Origin: Pristiophorus japonicus
Taxonomy: Eukaryota
Length of the DNA stretch: 64,000 nt
Reading direction: 5' to 3'
Assembly: GCF_044704955.1 (NCBI RefSeq)
Contig: NC_091992.1
Location: 46,252,001-46,316,000, forward strand
How positions within the stretch are numbered: position 1 is the first letter of the stretch; each line of letters opens with the position of its first letter. The translations under genes were made by a program, and so were the position numbers. This document shows, piece after piece, positions 50,295 through 62,627 of this stretch. The notes beneath the pieces were generated by a model. The model searched no databases. It saw nothing but the letters and a program-made list of their open reading frames with translations, and had not been told where the DNA came from.

Positions 50295-51824
50295 TTTAAA
50301 TGGAGAAAGATTGCAAAGTGCTGCAGTACAGCGGGACCTATGGGTACTTGTGCATGAAACACAAAAGGTTAGTATGCAGGAACAGCAAGTGATCAGGAAA
50401 GCCAATGGAATCCTGGCCTTTATTGCAAAGGGGATGGAGTATAAAAGCAGGGAAGTCTTGCTACAGTTGTACAGGGTATTGGTGAGGCCACACCTGGAAT
50501 ACTGCGTGTAGTTTTGGTTTCCATATTTAAGAAAAGATATACAGGAAACTCTCGTTTATCCGGATACGGATTTAACGGAAAACCCGCCATAACGGAATTT
50601 AAAATATTACGTTGCCACTTCTTACCGACTGACGGTCCTGCGTGTAACACTTCGACATATATCATATCCAGATCCTTCTGTTGCAAAATTGCTAACAATT
50701 GCACAACGTGACACTCATCATGAGCAAGGACTCAGAAAATCTACTGTAAAAATGTAAAAACTGAATGCACAGGTTCATCGTTCTCTGCCCTTGCTTTGCT
50801 GGTGTGTGTGTGCGTACGCTGCTGCAGCCACTGTCTCTCCCGGCCGCCGCTGATGTTGGGAACGGGGACAGTCCAGCACCGGGATCCAGGCACGGAACGC
50901 AGCCTGGAGAGCATGCTCCGGAACCCCGGAGCTAGACAGTCTCCTCCTCGAGGCCACTTGCAGCCACTCCCAGTGCAGCATTCATCCCTCCGCGATTACA
51001 GTCCGGGAAGTACATGCATGCTGGCAACTCCATCCCTTTTCTTCTGCGCTAACGATTGTCGCGCATGAACCGTTTGCCTCACACGTTCTCACATTGAAGC
51101 CACTCAGAACTCTTCTTGCAATTAGTTACTTCAGATGCAGCGACTATTAAGTTGCCGATCATTAACATACCCGTGGGAATTTTGATTTCCAAATAGTTGT
51201 TAAATATATATACAAATATTAACTTTAAAATGTAAACTCTCCCAATTGGAAAATTCGTTTACCCAGAATTGCCGAATCCCCGAGTGATCCGGATAAACGA
51301 GAGTTTCCTGTACTTGCTTTGGAGGCAGTTCAGAGAAGGTTCACTAGGTTGATTCCAGAGATGAAGGGGTTAACTTATGAGCAATGGTTGAGTAGGTTGG
51401 GCCTCGACTCATTGGAATTCAGAAGAATGAGAGGTGATCTTATCGAAACGTATAAGATTATGAGGGGGCTTGACAAGGTGGATGCAGAGAGGATGTTTCA
51501 CTGATGGGGGAGACTAGAACTAGAGGGCACGATCTTAGAATAAGGGGCCGCCCATTTAAAACAGAGATCAGGAGAAATTTTTTCTCTCAGAGGGTTGTGG
51601 ATCTGTGGAATTCGCTGCCTCAGAGAGCTGTGGAAGCTGGGACATTGAATAAATTTAAGACAGAAATAGACAGTTTCTTAAACATAAGGGAATAAGGGGT
51701 TATAGAAAGCAGGCAGGGAAGTGTACCTGAGTCCATGATCGGATCAGCCATGATTGTATTAATTGGCAGAGCAGGCTCGAGGGGCCGTTTGGCCTACTTC
51801 TGCTCCTATTTCTTATGTTCTTAT
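50295..51824 (+). mobile_element. CR1 3' part, interrupted by a Tigger-like MITE and with a Gypsy element inserted in its tail
   Basis: ORFs 50266-50511, 51319-51504 and 51504-51695; the tail (TTCTTATG)n continues at 56148-56159. Confidence 0.92.
50542..51310. mobile_element. Tc1/mariner-superfamily (pogo/Tigger-like) non-autonomous element, 769 bp
   Basis: Perfect 24-bp TIRs CAGGAAACTCTCGTTTATCCGGAT and a TA TSD (50540-50541, 51311-51312); removing it restores the CR1 RKDILALE sequence. Confidence 0.92.
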
Positions 51825-52035
51825 TGGTATGTCTTGGATAAGGAGTCAGACTAGATATTGCAAGCTCAAAGTAAGTGTAACCGCAATCCTTTATTACAGA
51901 TCTCAGAGTGCCTCTACAGCCTGTGAGGCCTCCTTATATACAGGTGCTCCCAAGGGATTGTGGGATCCTTTGGGACTCCATGGGATAAGCCCTCCGGTGG
52001 TTAGACATAGTAATTACAGGTTTACATACATAACA
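51825..52035 (-). repeat. 3' LTR (TG...CA)
   Basis: About 18 substitutions plus 1 indel relative to 55936-56147. Confidence 0.93.
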
Positions 52036-55000
52036 ACACTACCCCCCCCCCCCCGCCAAAGTCAAAGTCAATAGTGTAACTATTTACAATGTGAGTTGAT
52101 CTAGGGCCTTCCTTTCCCTGGTGCAAATGCTGGTGTTGGTGAGTCGTTTGTTGGGCCTTCGCTGGGTTGCTGCGCAGCTAGCCTTGCTGGACTACTGGGG
52201 GTGGTGAGTCTTGCTGGGCTGCTGCGGGTGATGGGTTCTGCTTCGTTGTCAACCGCTGGGTCGGTTGCCTCTTGTGTGTGTGTTGGAGGGTCAAAAAAGG
52301 TAGAGTCTATTGTGGGTTGTTCGGGATAATCCTTAATTCTGAGTTTGGTTTGGTCCAAGTGTTTTCTGCAGGTGAGTCCATTTGCGAGTTTGACCACAAA
52401 CACCCTACTCCCCTCTTTGGCCAAAACAGTGCCAGCAATCCACTTGGGACCTTGTCCATAGTTCAACACATTTGTGCGATCATGCTATGTATTCTGTTGA
52501 AGCTGCCTGCTCTCTACCTGTTCGTGTAGATCAGGGTGGACTAATGAGAGCCTTGTCTTAAGTGCCCTTTTCATGAACAGTTCAGCGGGAGGGACCCTGG
52601 TGAGCGAGTGGGGTCTTGTGTGGTAACTAAGCAGGACTTGGGATAAGCGAGTCTGCAGTGAGCCTTCAGTTACCCTTTTCAAGCTCTGCATGATTGTTTG
52701 AACTACTCGTTCTGCCTGACCATTGGACGCTAGCTTAAACGGGGCAGATGTGACATGTTTGACCCCATTGCGGGTCATGAATTCCTTGAATTCGGCACTG
52801 GTAAAGCACAGCCCATTGTCACTTACAAGGACATCAGGCAGGCCGTGCGTGGCAAATAATGGCCCATAGGCTTTCAATGATGGCAGCAGACATTATCACA
52901 CATTCAATCCACTTGGAGTACGCACCTACAACCACTAAAAACACTTTTTCCAAGAATGAGCCTGCATAGTCAACATGAACCCTAGACCATGGTTTGGAGG
53001 GCCAAGACCATAAACCTAGTGGCGCCTCCCTGGGTGCATTGCTTAACTGGGAACATGTATTACATTTGTGCACACAGGACTCTAAGTCTGTATCGATATC
53101 GGGCCACCACACGTGGGATCTGGCTATCGCTTTCATCGTTACGATGCCTAGGTGGGTACTGTGGAAATCACTAATGAAAGTGTCCCTGCCCTTTTTTGGC
53201 ACAACTAACCGATTACCCCATAGGAGGCAGTCTGCCAATATAGACATTTCATCTTTGCGTCGCTGGTATGGTTTTATTTCTTCCTGCATCTCTAACGGAA
53301 CATTAGACCAACTCCCATGGAGCACACAGTTTTTTTACTAAGGACAGTAAGGGGTTCTGGCTCGTCCAGGTTCTAATCTGTCGGGCAGTAACAGGTGATT
53401 GCTCACTCTCGAATGCTTCCATTATCATAACTAAATCTGCAGGCTGTGCCATCTCCACCCCAGTGGTGGGCAATGGTAGCCTACTGAGAGCATCGTCACA
53501 GTTTTCTGTGCCTGGCCAGTGGCAGATGGCATAGTTGTATGCGAACAACGTGAGTGCCCATCTCTGGATGTGGGCCAATGCATTTGTATTTATCCCCTTA
53601 TTTTCAGAAAAGAGGGATATAAGCGGCTTATGGTCGGTTTCCAATTCAAATTTGAGCCTGAACAGATATTGATGCATTTTCTTTACCCTGAAAACACATG
53701 CTAACGCTTATTTTTCAATCATATTGTAGGCCCTCTCGGCCTTAGACAGACTTCTGGATGCATAAGCAACCGGTTGCAATTTCACAAATTCATTGGCTTG
53801 TTGCAATACATACCCAACCCCGTACGATGACGCATCACATGCTCGTACCAAACGTTTACATGGATCGTACAACACAAGCAATTTGTTTGAATATAGCAAC
53901 TTCCTAGCTTTCTCAAAGGCATTTTCTTGGCTTTTACCCCATACCCATTCATCTCCTTTACGCATGCAGGGTTCTAACAATGTGCTAAGACCCGGTAAGA
54001 AGTTACCAAAATAGTTCAGGAATCCTAGAAACGACCGCAGCTCCATCACATTCTGTGGTCTTGGTGAATTTTTGATTGCCTCCGTCTTCGAATTGGTGGG
54101 CCTGATGTAGTCCGCCGCAATTCTTCTCCCCAGGAACTCCACCAGGCGCCAGGAACATGCACTTTGAGCGTTTTAGCCCGAGATCCATACGATTGAGCCG
54201 ACTAAGAACCTCCTCCAGGTTCTGCAAGTGCTCAATGGTGTCCCGACCTGTAACCAAGATGTTGTGCTGGAAGACCATGGTACGCAGGACCGAATTCAGC
54301 AAGCTTTCCATGTTCCTCTGGAATATCGCCGCGGCTGATCGAATCCCAAACGGGCATCTGTTGTAAACGAAAAGCCTTTTGTGCGTGTTGATGCAGGTAA
54401 GGCCTCTCGATGATTCCTCCAGCTCCTGCGTCATGTAGGCCGAGGTCAAGTCCAACTTCGTGAACGTTTTCCCTCCCGCTAGCGTCGCAAATAGGTCGTC
54501 TGCCTTTGGTAGCGGGTATTGATCCTGCAGTGAGAAACGATTAGTTACTTTGTAATCGCCACAGATTCTGATAGTGCCGTCTCCCTTGAGGTCTGGAACA
54601 ATCAGACTAGGCCACTCATTGAATTCGATCGGCGAAATTATGCCCTCTCGTTGCAGCCTGTCCAGCTCGATCTCCACCCGCTCTCTCATCATGTAAGATA
54701 CCGCTGTCTCCTTGTGATGGATGGGTCACGCCCCCGGAATCAAATGGATCTGCACTTTTGCTCCTTGGAACTTCCTGATGCCTCGTTCGAACAGCGAGGA
54801 GAACATGCTTAGGACCTGGGCACATGAGGTGTCGTCCCAGTTCCAGCATACCTTTCCCAGCCAGCTCCTGTCGAACAGCATGGGGCCATCGCCCGGTACC
54901 ACCCAGAGTGGTAAATTGTGCACCGCTCTATCGTAGGAGATAGCGTTGCACCACAACTTATTGAAAGTCTTTTTACTCATTATGGACTGGCTTGTGCCCG

Positions 55001-55935
55001 TGTCCAGCTCCATGGACACCGGGAGTCCATTTAATTCAACCTTCAGCATTATCGGGGGACACTTTGTGGTAAATGTATGCACCCCATATACCTCTGCCTC
55101 CTCAGTCTGAGACTCTAGTTCATCATGATCCATCGTGGATCTGTCCTCCTCTGCAACATGGTGGTTTGCAGGATTAGCAGGGTTTGCAGCTCGCCTGCAC
55201 ATATGTTGGAGGTGTCCCATTGTTCCACAGCCCTTGCAAACGTATCCTTTGAAGCGGCACGAATGGAATCGATGATCACCCCCGCAGTGCCAACAAGGTG
55301 TTAATGGCCTTGTATTCACCACCCTTGATGGCGGACTCTAAGTCATCTGCGAACGTGCAGCTACAAGTCTGTAAGTCCTGCCATGTACATTTCGATTCGA
55401 AAACAACGTTTCTTTATTCACAGTACTTGCAGCAGCACTAGTTTACTGGGAAATTTGTTTGTTATTGTCACTGGTGGAGATAAACGCCTAGGATATTGCT
55501 ATGGCTTTACTCAAGGTTGGGATCTCTACAGTCAAAAGTTTGCGAAATATTACTTCATGGCCAATGCCAAGTACAAAGAAGTCCCTGAGCATATGCTCAA
55601 AGTGTCCTTCAAATTCGCAATGTCCTGCAAGGTGCCTTAGCTCGGCGACGTAGCTCGCCACTTTCTGGCCTTCAGACCTCTTGTACATGTAGAACCGATA
55701 CCTCGCCATCAGAACGCTTTCCTTTAGATGTTCCCGGACCAGTGTGCACAACTCAACGTATGAGGAGGATCGCCCTTCGTTTGTTCTCTTCTCCTTCCAG
55801 CTCGTTGGCCACAAAGTATTGGTCAAGTCGCTCCACGAAGGTTTCCCAATCGTCTCCCTCCGAAAATTTCTCTAGGATGCCCACAGTTCTCTGCATTGTT
55901 GCGTTGGGGTTCATCATTTGTATCTCGTCGCCAGT

Positions 55936-56147
55936 TGTTATGTCTTGGATAAGGGATCAGACTAGATACTGCAAGCTCAAAGTAAGGTGTGACCATAGTC
56001 CTTTATTACAGACCTCAGAGTGCCTCTCCATCCTGTGAGGTCTCCTTATATACAGGTGCTCCCAAGGGATTGTGGGATCCCTTGGGACTCCATGGGATAA
56101 GCCCTCTGGTGGTTAGACATGGTACTTATAGTTTTACATACATAACA
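55936..56147 (-). repeat. 5' LTR (TG...CA)
   Basis: Direct repeat of 51825-52035, adjacent to the PBS. Confidence 0.93.
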
Positions 56148-56160
56148 CTTATGTTCTTAA

Positions 56161-56873
56161 CTTTCATTTATATAGTGCTTTAAACATAGTAAAACGTCCA
56201 GCGTTACCAAACAAAATTTGACCCCGAGCCACGTAAAGAGATATTAGGACCGGTGACCAAACGCTTGGTCAAAGAGGTAGGTTTGAAGCAGCATCTTAAA
56301 AGTAGAGAGAAAAATCTGTCGCTCTCAGTTTTGAAAATGTCAATTCACCCAGCAGCCACAGCCTTCCGAAAAAGAGAGTTCGATTTTCACTCCTCAATGT
56401 GTGAAAAAATGCTCACTGATTTCACTCCTAAATGGTCTAACTCTAATTTTAAGATTGTCCTTTTGTTCTTGATCCCTCCCCCAGAGGAAATTTTTCTCTG
56501 CATCTACCCTTTCAAACTCTTTTATCATTTTAAAGACCTTAAATTAGATCACCCTTCAACCTTTTAAATTCAAGGGAATACAAACAAAGTTTAGCAGAGA
56601 AGTCATAGAAAAATTACAACACAGAAGGAGGCCATTCGGCTCACCACGTGTGTGTCGGTCGAGAAAGAGCTACCCAGCCTAACCCCACCTTCCAGCACCA
56701 TGTCCGGAGCCCTGTAGGTCACGGCTCTTGAAGTGCACATCCAAGTAAATGTGATGAGGGTTTCTGCCTCTGCCACCCTTTCAGGCAGTGAGTTCCAGAC
56801 CCCTACCACCCTCTGGGTGAAAATTAATGCGGAAGCAAGTCATCCTCGAAACCGGGGGACTGCCTAAGAAGAA
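56161..56873. mobile_element. Cluster of short LINE 3' ends: L2 (56161-56305, -), old CR1 (56312-56590, -), CR1 (56604-56823, -), RTE tail (56830-56873, +)
   Basis: Similarity to 4197-4260, 58118-58350 and the reverse complement of 28546-28585 respectively. Confidence 0.7.
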
Positions 56874-57898
56874 ATAGCACAGGTCAAACAGGTTAACTTA
56901 AACTTGGTGATTGAGTGACGGTATCTGAGGTACACAGTGTAGTCCAGCAGAGCAGCACAGTCCTGATGTGCTGTGTACAGGTGGGTTGGATACACCTGGC
57001 CTTCATAAAATCTGTTATTAGGGAAGCTACTATTTTATTCTTTGGTCCTCTGTCTATGTTCTCTGTGTTATTTAGATTCCATACTATATAATCTCACTAC
57101 TATAATCATTACTATATTCTCACGACGGTATATAATCTCCACGCTCTATAATCCCTATGACATATGCCCGGCACAGTGTTCAATCTCTATTATTTGCGAT
57201 GTTATTCAGTCTTGCGCCTTGTATAATTTCTCTGCCTCAACCCAAGCCCCAGCAGAAGATTCCCACCGAAGCTCCCTCACTATCATTCCAATCCTCTTGT
57301 CTCTTAACCGCAGGCTTCCGAAATCGCAATGACAATAAACCCTGCCAAACAACGGAGTCGACGGGAATTCGATCCTCCTGCCGTTTCCTGTTGTAATTAA
57401 TCAACAAAGATCTTCATCACGCTCTCACTTTTAAATATTTTGATTTCTCCCCCCCCCCCACGGTTTGCCAGCAGCTGAGGCTCTAGTTCCTGCTGCCTCC
57501 TTTGTATGGGAGGCCTGTGGTCGCATCTGACCCTTCCTTGGAGTACATCTGGGTAACATCACCCACTGAGCCATCCAGCGAGGGCTGCAGGTTTCTTGGG
57601 GCGTTCCCAAGATGTGGAATCTCCGCCCATGATAGTGTGGATCCCCAGACTGAACGGAAATTCAAACACAGAACACTTCACTGCAAAGAACATTAGGCTG
57701 GAAATGGCTGCTATCGAGATCATTGCATCGTATCCAGTTCCTCCCTCCACTATCTTAACAGAGGCGATAGCCCAGTTAAAATAGGCAGCTTAGCGTGCTA
57801 CCGAAACAGCAGAGCGAGGATTGTATGGCCTGGAAATTCTGCAGGGTTCCCGCAATGTACTGCCGTAACTCTGGCGGAACTCCTGCAGAAATGGTGCA

Positions 57899-58117
57899 AA
57901 TGTTAGCCATGGCTAGCACTCTCGCTTCTGAATCTTAAGGTTGTGGGTTCAAGTCCCACTCTAGAGACATGAGCACAAAATCTAAGCTGACACTACAGTG
58001 CCATACTGAGGGAGCGCTGCACTATCGGAGATGACATCTTTCGGATGAGACGTTAAACCGAGGTCCTGTCTTCCCTCTCAGGTGGATGTAAAAGATTCTG
58101 TGGCATTATTTTGAAGA
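57899..58117 (+). mobile_element. Deu-domain SINE 5' part, truncated by the adjacent CR1
   Basis: B box GGTTCAAGTCC and core TCTTTCGGATGAGACGTTAAACCGAGG...GGATGTAAAAGAT. Confidence 0.82.
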
Positions 58118-60457
58118 TTCATAGAATCATAGAAAAATATAACACAGAAGGAGGCCATTCGACCCATCGTGCCCGTGTTGGTTGAAAAAGAGCTATCCAG
58201 CTTAATCCCACCTTCCAGCATTAGGTCCGTAGCCCTGTAGGTCATGGCTCTTTAAGTGCACATCCAAGTACTTTTTAAATGTGATGAGGGTTTCTGTCTC
58301 TACCACCCTTTCAGGCAGTGAGTTCTGGACCCCCACCACACTCTTGGTGAAATTGTTTTTCCTCAAATCCCCTCTAAACTTCCACCAACTACTTTAAATT
58401 TATGCCCCCTGGTTATTGGCCCCTCTGCTAAGGGAAATAGGTCCTTCCTATCCACTCTATCTAGGTCCCTCATAATTTTATACACCTCAATTAAATCTCC
58501 CCTCAGCCTCCTCTGTTCCAAAGAGAACAGCCCCAGCCTATGTAATCTTTCCTCATAACTAAAATTTTCTAGTCCTGGCAATCCTCGTAAATCTCCTCTG
58601 TATCCTCTCTAGTGCAATCACATCTTTCCTGTAACGTGGTGACCAGAACTGTATGCAGTACTCAAGCTGTGGCCTAACTAGTGTTTTATACAGTTCTAGC
58701 ATAACTTCCCTGCTCTTGTATTCTATGCCTTGGCTAATAAAGGAAAGCGTTCCGTATGCCTTTTTAACCACCTTAGCGATCTCTCCTGCTACGTTTAAGG
58801 ATCTGTACGCATATGCTCCAAGGTCCCTCTGTTACTCCACACCTCTCATTATCTTCCCATTTATTATGTGTTCCCTTGCCTTGTTGCACCTCCCCAAATG
58901 CATTACCTCACATTTCTCCGGAGTGAATTCCATTTTCCACTTTTCTGCCCAACTGATCAATTCATCAATATCTTCCTGCAGTCGAAAGTTTTCCTCCTCA
59001 TTGTCAACCACCCGGCCAATTTTCGTATCATCTGCAAAGTTCTTTATCATGCTCTCTACATTTAAGTCTAAAGCATTAATATATACTACAAAAAGCAAGG
59101 GACTGAGCCCTGTGAAACCCCACTGGAAACAGCCTTTCAGTCGCAAAAACGCCCGTCAACCATTGCCCTTTGCTTCCTGAGCTAATTTTGGATCCAATTT
59201 GCCACTCTCCCTTGAATCCCATAGGCTTTTACTTTTTGGTCAGCCTGCCATGTAGGACCTTGTCAGAAGCCTTGCTGAAATCCATGTAGACTACACTGCC
59301 CTCATCGACCCTCCTGGTTACCTCCTCAAAAAATTCAATCAAGTTAGTCAGATACGATCTTCCCTTAATAAATCCATGCCGACTGTCCTTGATTAATCTG
59401 TATATTTCTAAATGAAGATTTACACTGTACCTCAGAATTGATTCAAATAATTTGTACATCACTGAGGTTAAACTAACTGGCCTGCAATTACTCAGTTTAT
59501 CTCTTCCTCCCTTTTTAAACAATGGTACAACGTGAACAGTTCTCCAAAGTGGCACTACTCCTGTAGCCAGAGAGCATTGGAAAATGATGGTCAGAGCCTC
59601 TGAAATTTTCTCCCTTGCTTCTTTTAATAGGATAGGCTACATTTCATTCGGTCCTGGTGATTTATCTAGAGGGGAGGAGTTCTGGTCACCACGCCCCCCC
59701 CACCGCACATGATGATATTGGTCCCAGCCCTGTTGAGGTGCAACCTGTACAGGCCCCACCTCTCCAGAAAAGGTCCCAATGCCTCAGGAATCTAAAGCCC
59801 TCCCTCCTGCACCATCTCCCCAGCCATGCATTTATCTGCTGTATCCACCTATTTCTGTACTCACTGGCACGTGGCACTGGGAGTAGTCCGGACATTACCA
59901 CATTTGAGGTCCTGCTTTTTAATCTCTTTCCTAGCTCCATAAAATCTGCCTGCAGGACCTCATCCCTCTTTCTATCTATGTCATTGGTATCAATATGGAC
60001 CACGACCTCTGGCTGTTCACCCTCCCCCTCAGAATGTCCTTCAGTTGTTCAGTGACATCTTTGTCCCTGGCACCAGAGAGGCAACATACCATCCTGGAGT
60101 AATGTCTGCGGCCGCAGAAACACCTGTCTGTTCCCCTAACTATTGAATTCCCTACCACTATTGCTCTTCCATTCTTCCTCCCCCCACCCTGTGCAGCTGA
60201 GCCAACCATGGTCTTGTGGATGTTGCTCTGGCTGCACTCCCCAGAGGAACCATCAGTACCACCAGTACCCAGAACTGAAAACCAGTTAGCGAGCAAGATG
60301 CACTCAGGGGACTCCTGGCCTACCTGCCTAGTCCTCTTTGTCTATCTCACAGTCACCCATTCCCTCTCTGCCTGCACACTCTTAAGCTGTGGGGTGACCA
60401 CCTCCTGAAACGTGCTATCCACAAAGTTCTCAGCCTCGCGGATACACTCCAGTGGTG
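58118..60457 (-). mobile_element. CR1 LINE with ORF1 (SGNH esterase) joined directly to the RT half of ORF2
   Basis: ORF1 motifs VVGNSIVRG, CLSGAR, VHIDTND and SGLLPVP (59686-60296); ORF2 RT ORFs 58363-59555 (NFADD); tail (ATTCTATG)n. Confidence 0.93.
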
Positions 60458-60671
60458 NNNNNNNNNNNNNNNNNNNNNNNNNNNNNNNNNNNNNNNNNNN
60501 NNNNNNNNNNNNNNNNNNNNNNNNNNNNNNNNNNNNNNNNNNNNNNNNNNNNNNNNNNNNNNNNNNNNNNNNNNNNNNNNNNNNNNNNNNNNNNNNNNNN
60601 NNNNNNNNNNNNNNNNNNNNNNNNNNNNNNNNNNNNNNNNNNNNNNNNNNNNNNNNNNNNNNNNNNNNNNN
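60458..60671. other. Assembly gap (214 N)
   Basis: Run of n bases. Confidence 1.
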
Positions 60672-61537
60672 AGTTACGTCAGGAGATTGGGAGAAGCCTG
60701 TTGAAATTCTCTCCCACAAAGTCTTCATACATTTTCCATTTTGCTAGATATAAAGATATTTAAAACAAGCATGCATGATGTTTTCACCTCACTCAGAATA
60801 ATATCGTACAGCAAAGTAAGCACAGCTGTTGCTGGGAGAAATAAACGGAGCACTTAACTGGCAACTTTGAAATTAACGTTAATGCAAATGGATAATGGTG
60901 ATTGCGTTTTGGCCATTATAGTGACTGCCTGTTTTAAACGTGGATGGGATCTGTACTTCAGTAACCATCTGACATCTTCATTCAGTACCAACCCTTGCAC
61001 TCCTACAAACCCCTGCTGTGTTCATTTAAATTCTACAAACCTATCATCCTCCCATGAGAAAACTTAGCAATGCTTCTCAATTTGGACCGAACAGTTTTCT
61101 GCCTCCGGGATCTGAGTAAATTCATACCTTACATCTGAAGCCAGTGTAACGGCCTGCATTCTGTGTGTTGCAACCATTGATAATCGGGCGAAATTACAGT
61201 GGGATTAGATGCTTTGAACATTGCAGTTAGATTGTGTACGATGAACTATGGCTGGCCAGGAGCTGGCAAAACTTAAGTTAGTATTTAGGGGATGAATATC
61301 AGTAAATGGGATTCAAACTCTGACATTAATAGAAAACTGTCAGACTGGCCCATTGCTCATGGTAAGACATGGTAAGACTGCACTGTTTTCTGAGGGCTGG
61401 AGCATTATACCATCTAATGCATGGTGGAGTATTTACCATTAATTAAATTGGCATCTAATTGAGCTCACAATCCGCCCCATAGTAATTAGATCTCCGGGCT
61501 TAAAGGGACACACCAGTTCCACATAGCTGCACCTTAG

Positions 61538-61772
61538 CAACAACAACAACAACTTGTATTTATATAGCGCCTTTAATGTAGTGAAACGTCCCAAGGCGCT
61601 TCACAGGAATATTATGAGATTAAAACAAACAATTGACACTGAGCCGCATAAGGAGAAATTAGCACAAAAGAGGTAGGTTTTAAGGAGAGTCTTGAAGGAG
61701 GTAGAGAGGTGGTGAGGTTTAGGGAGGGAGTTTCAGAGCTTGGGGCCAAGGCAACAGAAGGCACGGCCACCG
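61538..61772 (-). mobile_element. L2 LINE 3' end with a (TTG)n tail
   Basis: caacaacaac-ttgtatttatatagcgcc...aaacgtcccaaggcgct; 61670-61770 resembles 4220-4335. Confidence 0.8.
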
Positions 61773-62241
61773 ATGGGATTCCTGCCGTCTCATTGGCCAG
61801 GTTGGAATTGACACCTGCCATCCCAATGATGCTGACCCTGGTGCATCTTCTGAGGGTCAGGGTCACTGTCGTGTCATTGGTGGGTTCCCACAAGCACTGC
61901 TAACCAGTGCTAACCTGAGGTGGGGGCGGAATGTAAAGAGCTGCTGTGTCTGCCCACCCGTTGGGTGACTGGGGGCCCCAGCTGAAGGTTAAAAAAACAT
62001 TTCTGCATCTCCTGCCCAGATAGGCGATTGGCCCCATCAAACAAGGTGGCCATTTAATTCTTCACATCAACCCTCCACCACCTTGGCGACGGAGGACGCT
62101 AGGAATGCATCAGCTTCCATAGTGCCCAGCATTGCTGAGCTGTTAGTAATGGGAGAGCCTTCAGGGGAGCAGCTCCCTAACCTACCTCCCTCCCCGGCAC
62201 TACTGCTGCCCACATCTGGGGCTCGAAATTGATGCACTCAT

Positions 62242-62627
62242 CGCCCGCTGCCGTCCGCTGCCATCCGCTGCCATTCACTACTGCCCGCTGCCGCCCACTG
62301 CCGCCCGCTGCCACCCGCTGCCATTCACTACTGCCCGCTGCCGCCTGCTGCCGCCCGCTGCCACCCGCTGCCATTCACTACTGCCCGCTGCCGCCCGCTG
62401 CCACCCACTGCCGCCCGCTGCCACCCGCTGCCATTCACTACTGCCCACTGCCGCCCGCTGCCACCCGCTGCCATTCACTACTGCCCGCTGCCGCCTGCTG
62501 CCATTCACTACTGCCCGCTGCCACCCGCTGCCATTCACTACTGCCCGCTGCCGCCCGCTGCCACCTGCTGCCATTCACTACTGCCCGCTGCTATCCACTG
62601 CCACCCACTGCTGCCCGCTGCCGCTGA
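62242..62627. repeat. GC-rich minisatellite built from 10-bp modules (CC[A/G]CCCGCTG, CCATTCACTA, CTGCCCGCTG)
   Basis: Modules shuffled into 30-60-bp higher-order units. Confidence 0.92.

Larger units (their letters stand above)
51825..56147 (-). mobile_element. Mag-like Gypsy LTR retrotransposon with both LTRs (4323 bp), decayed gag-pol
   Basis: LTRs 55936-56147 and 51825-52035; TSD CTTAT (51820-51824, 56148-56152); PBS TGGCGACGAG at 55924-55933; PPT at 52036-52057; gag knuckles CWHCGGDH..HSC and CKGCGTMGHL..MC, PR LDTG, and RT/RH/IN ORFs 52101-54692. Confidence 0.97.

Noticed and set aside
60342-60763. ORFs spanning poly-X
   Set aside because: Artefact of the assembly gap.
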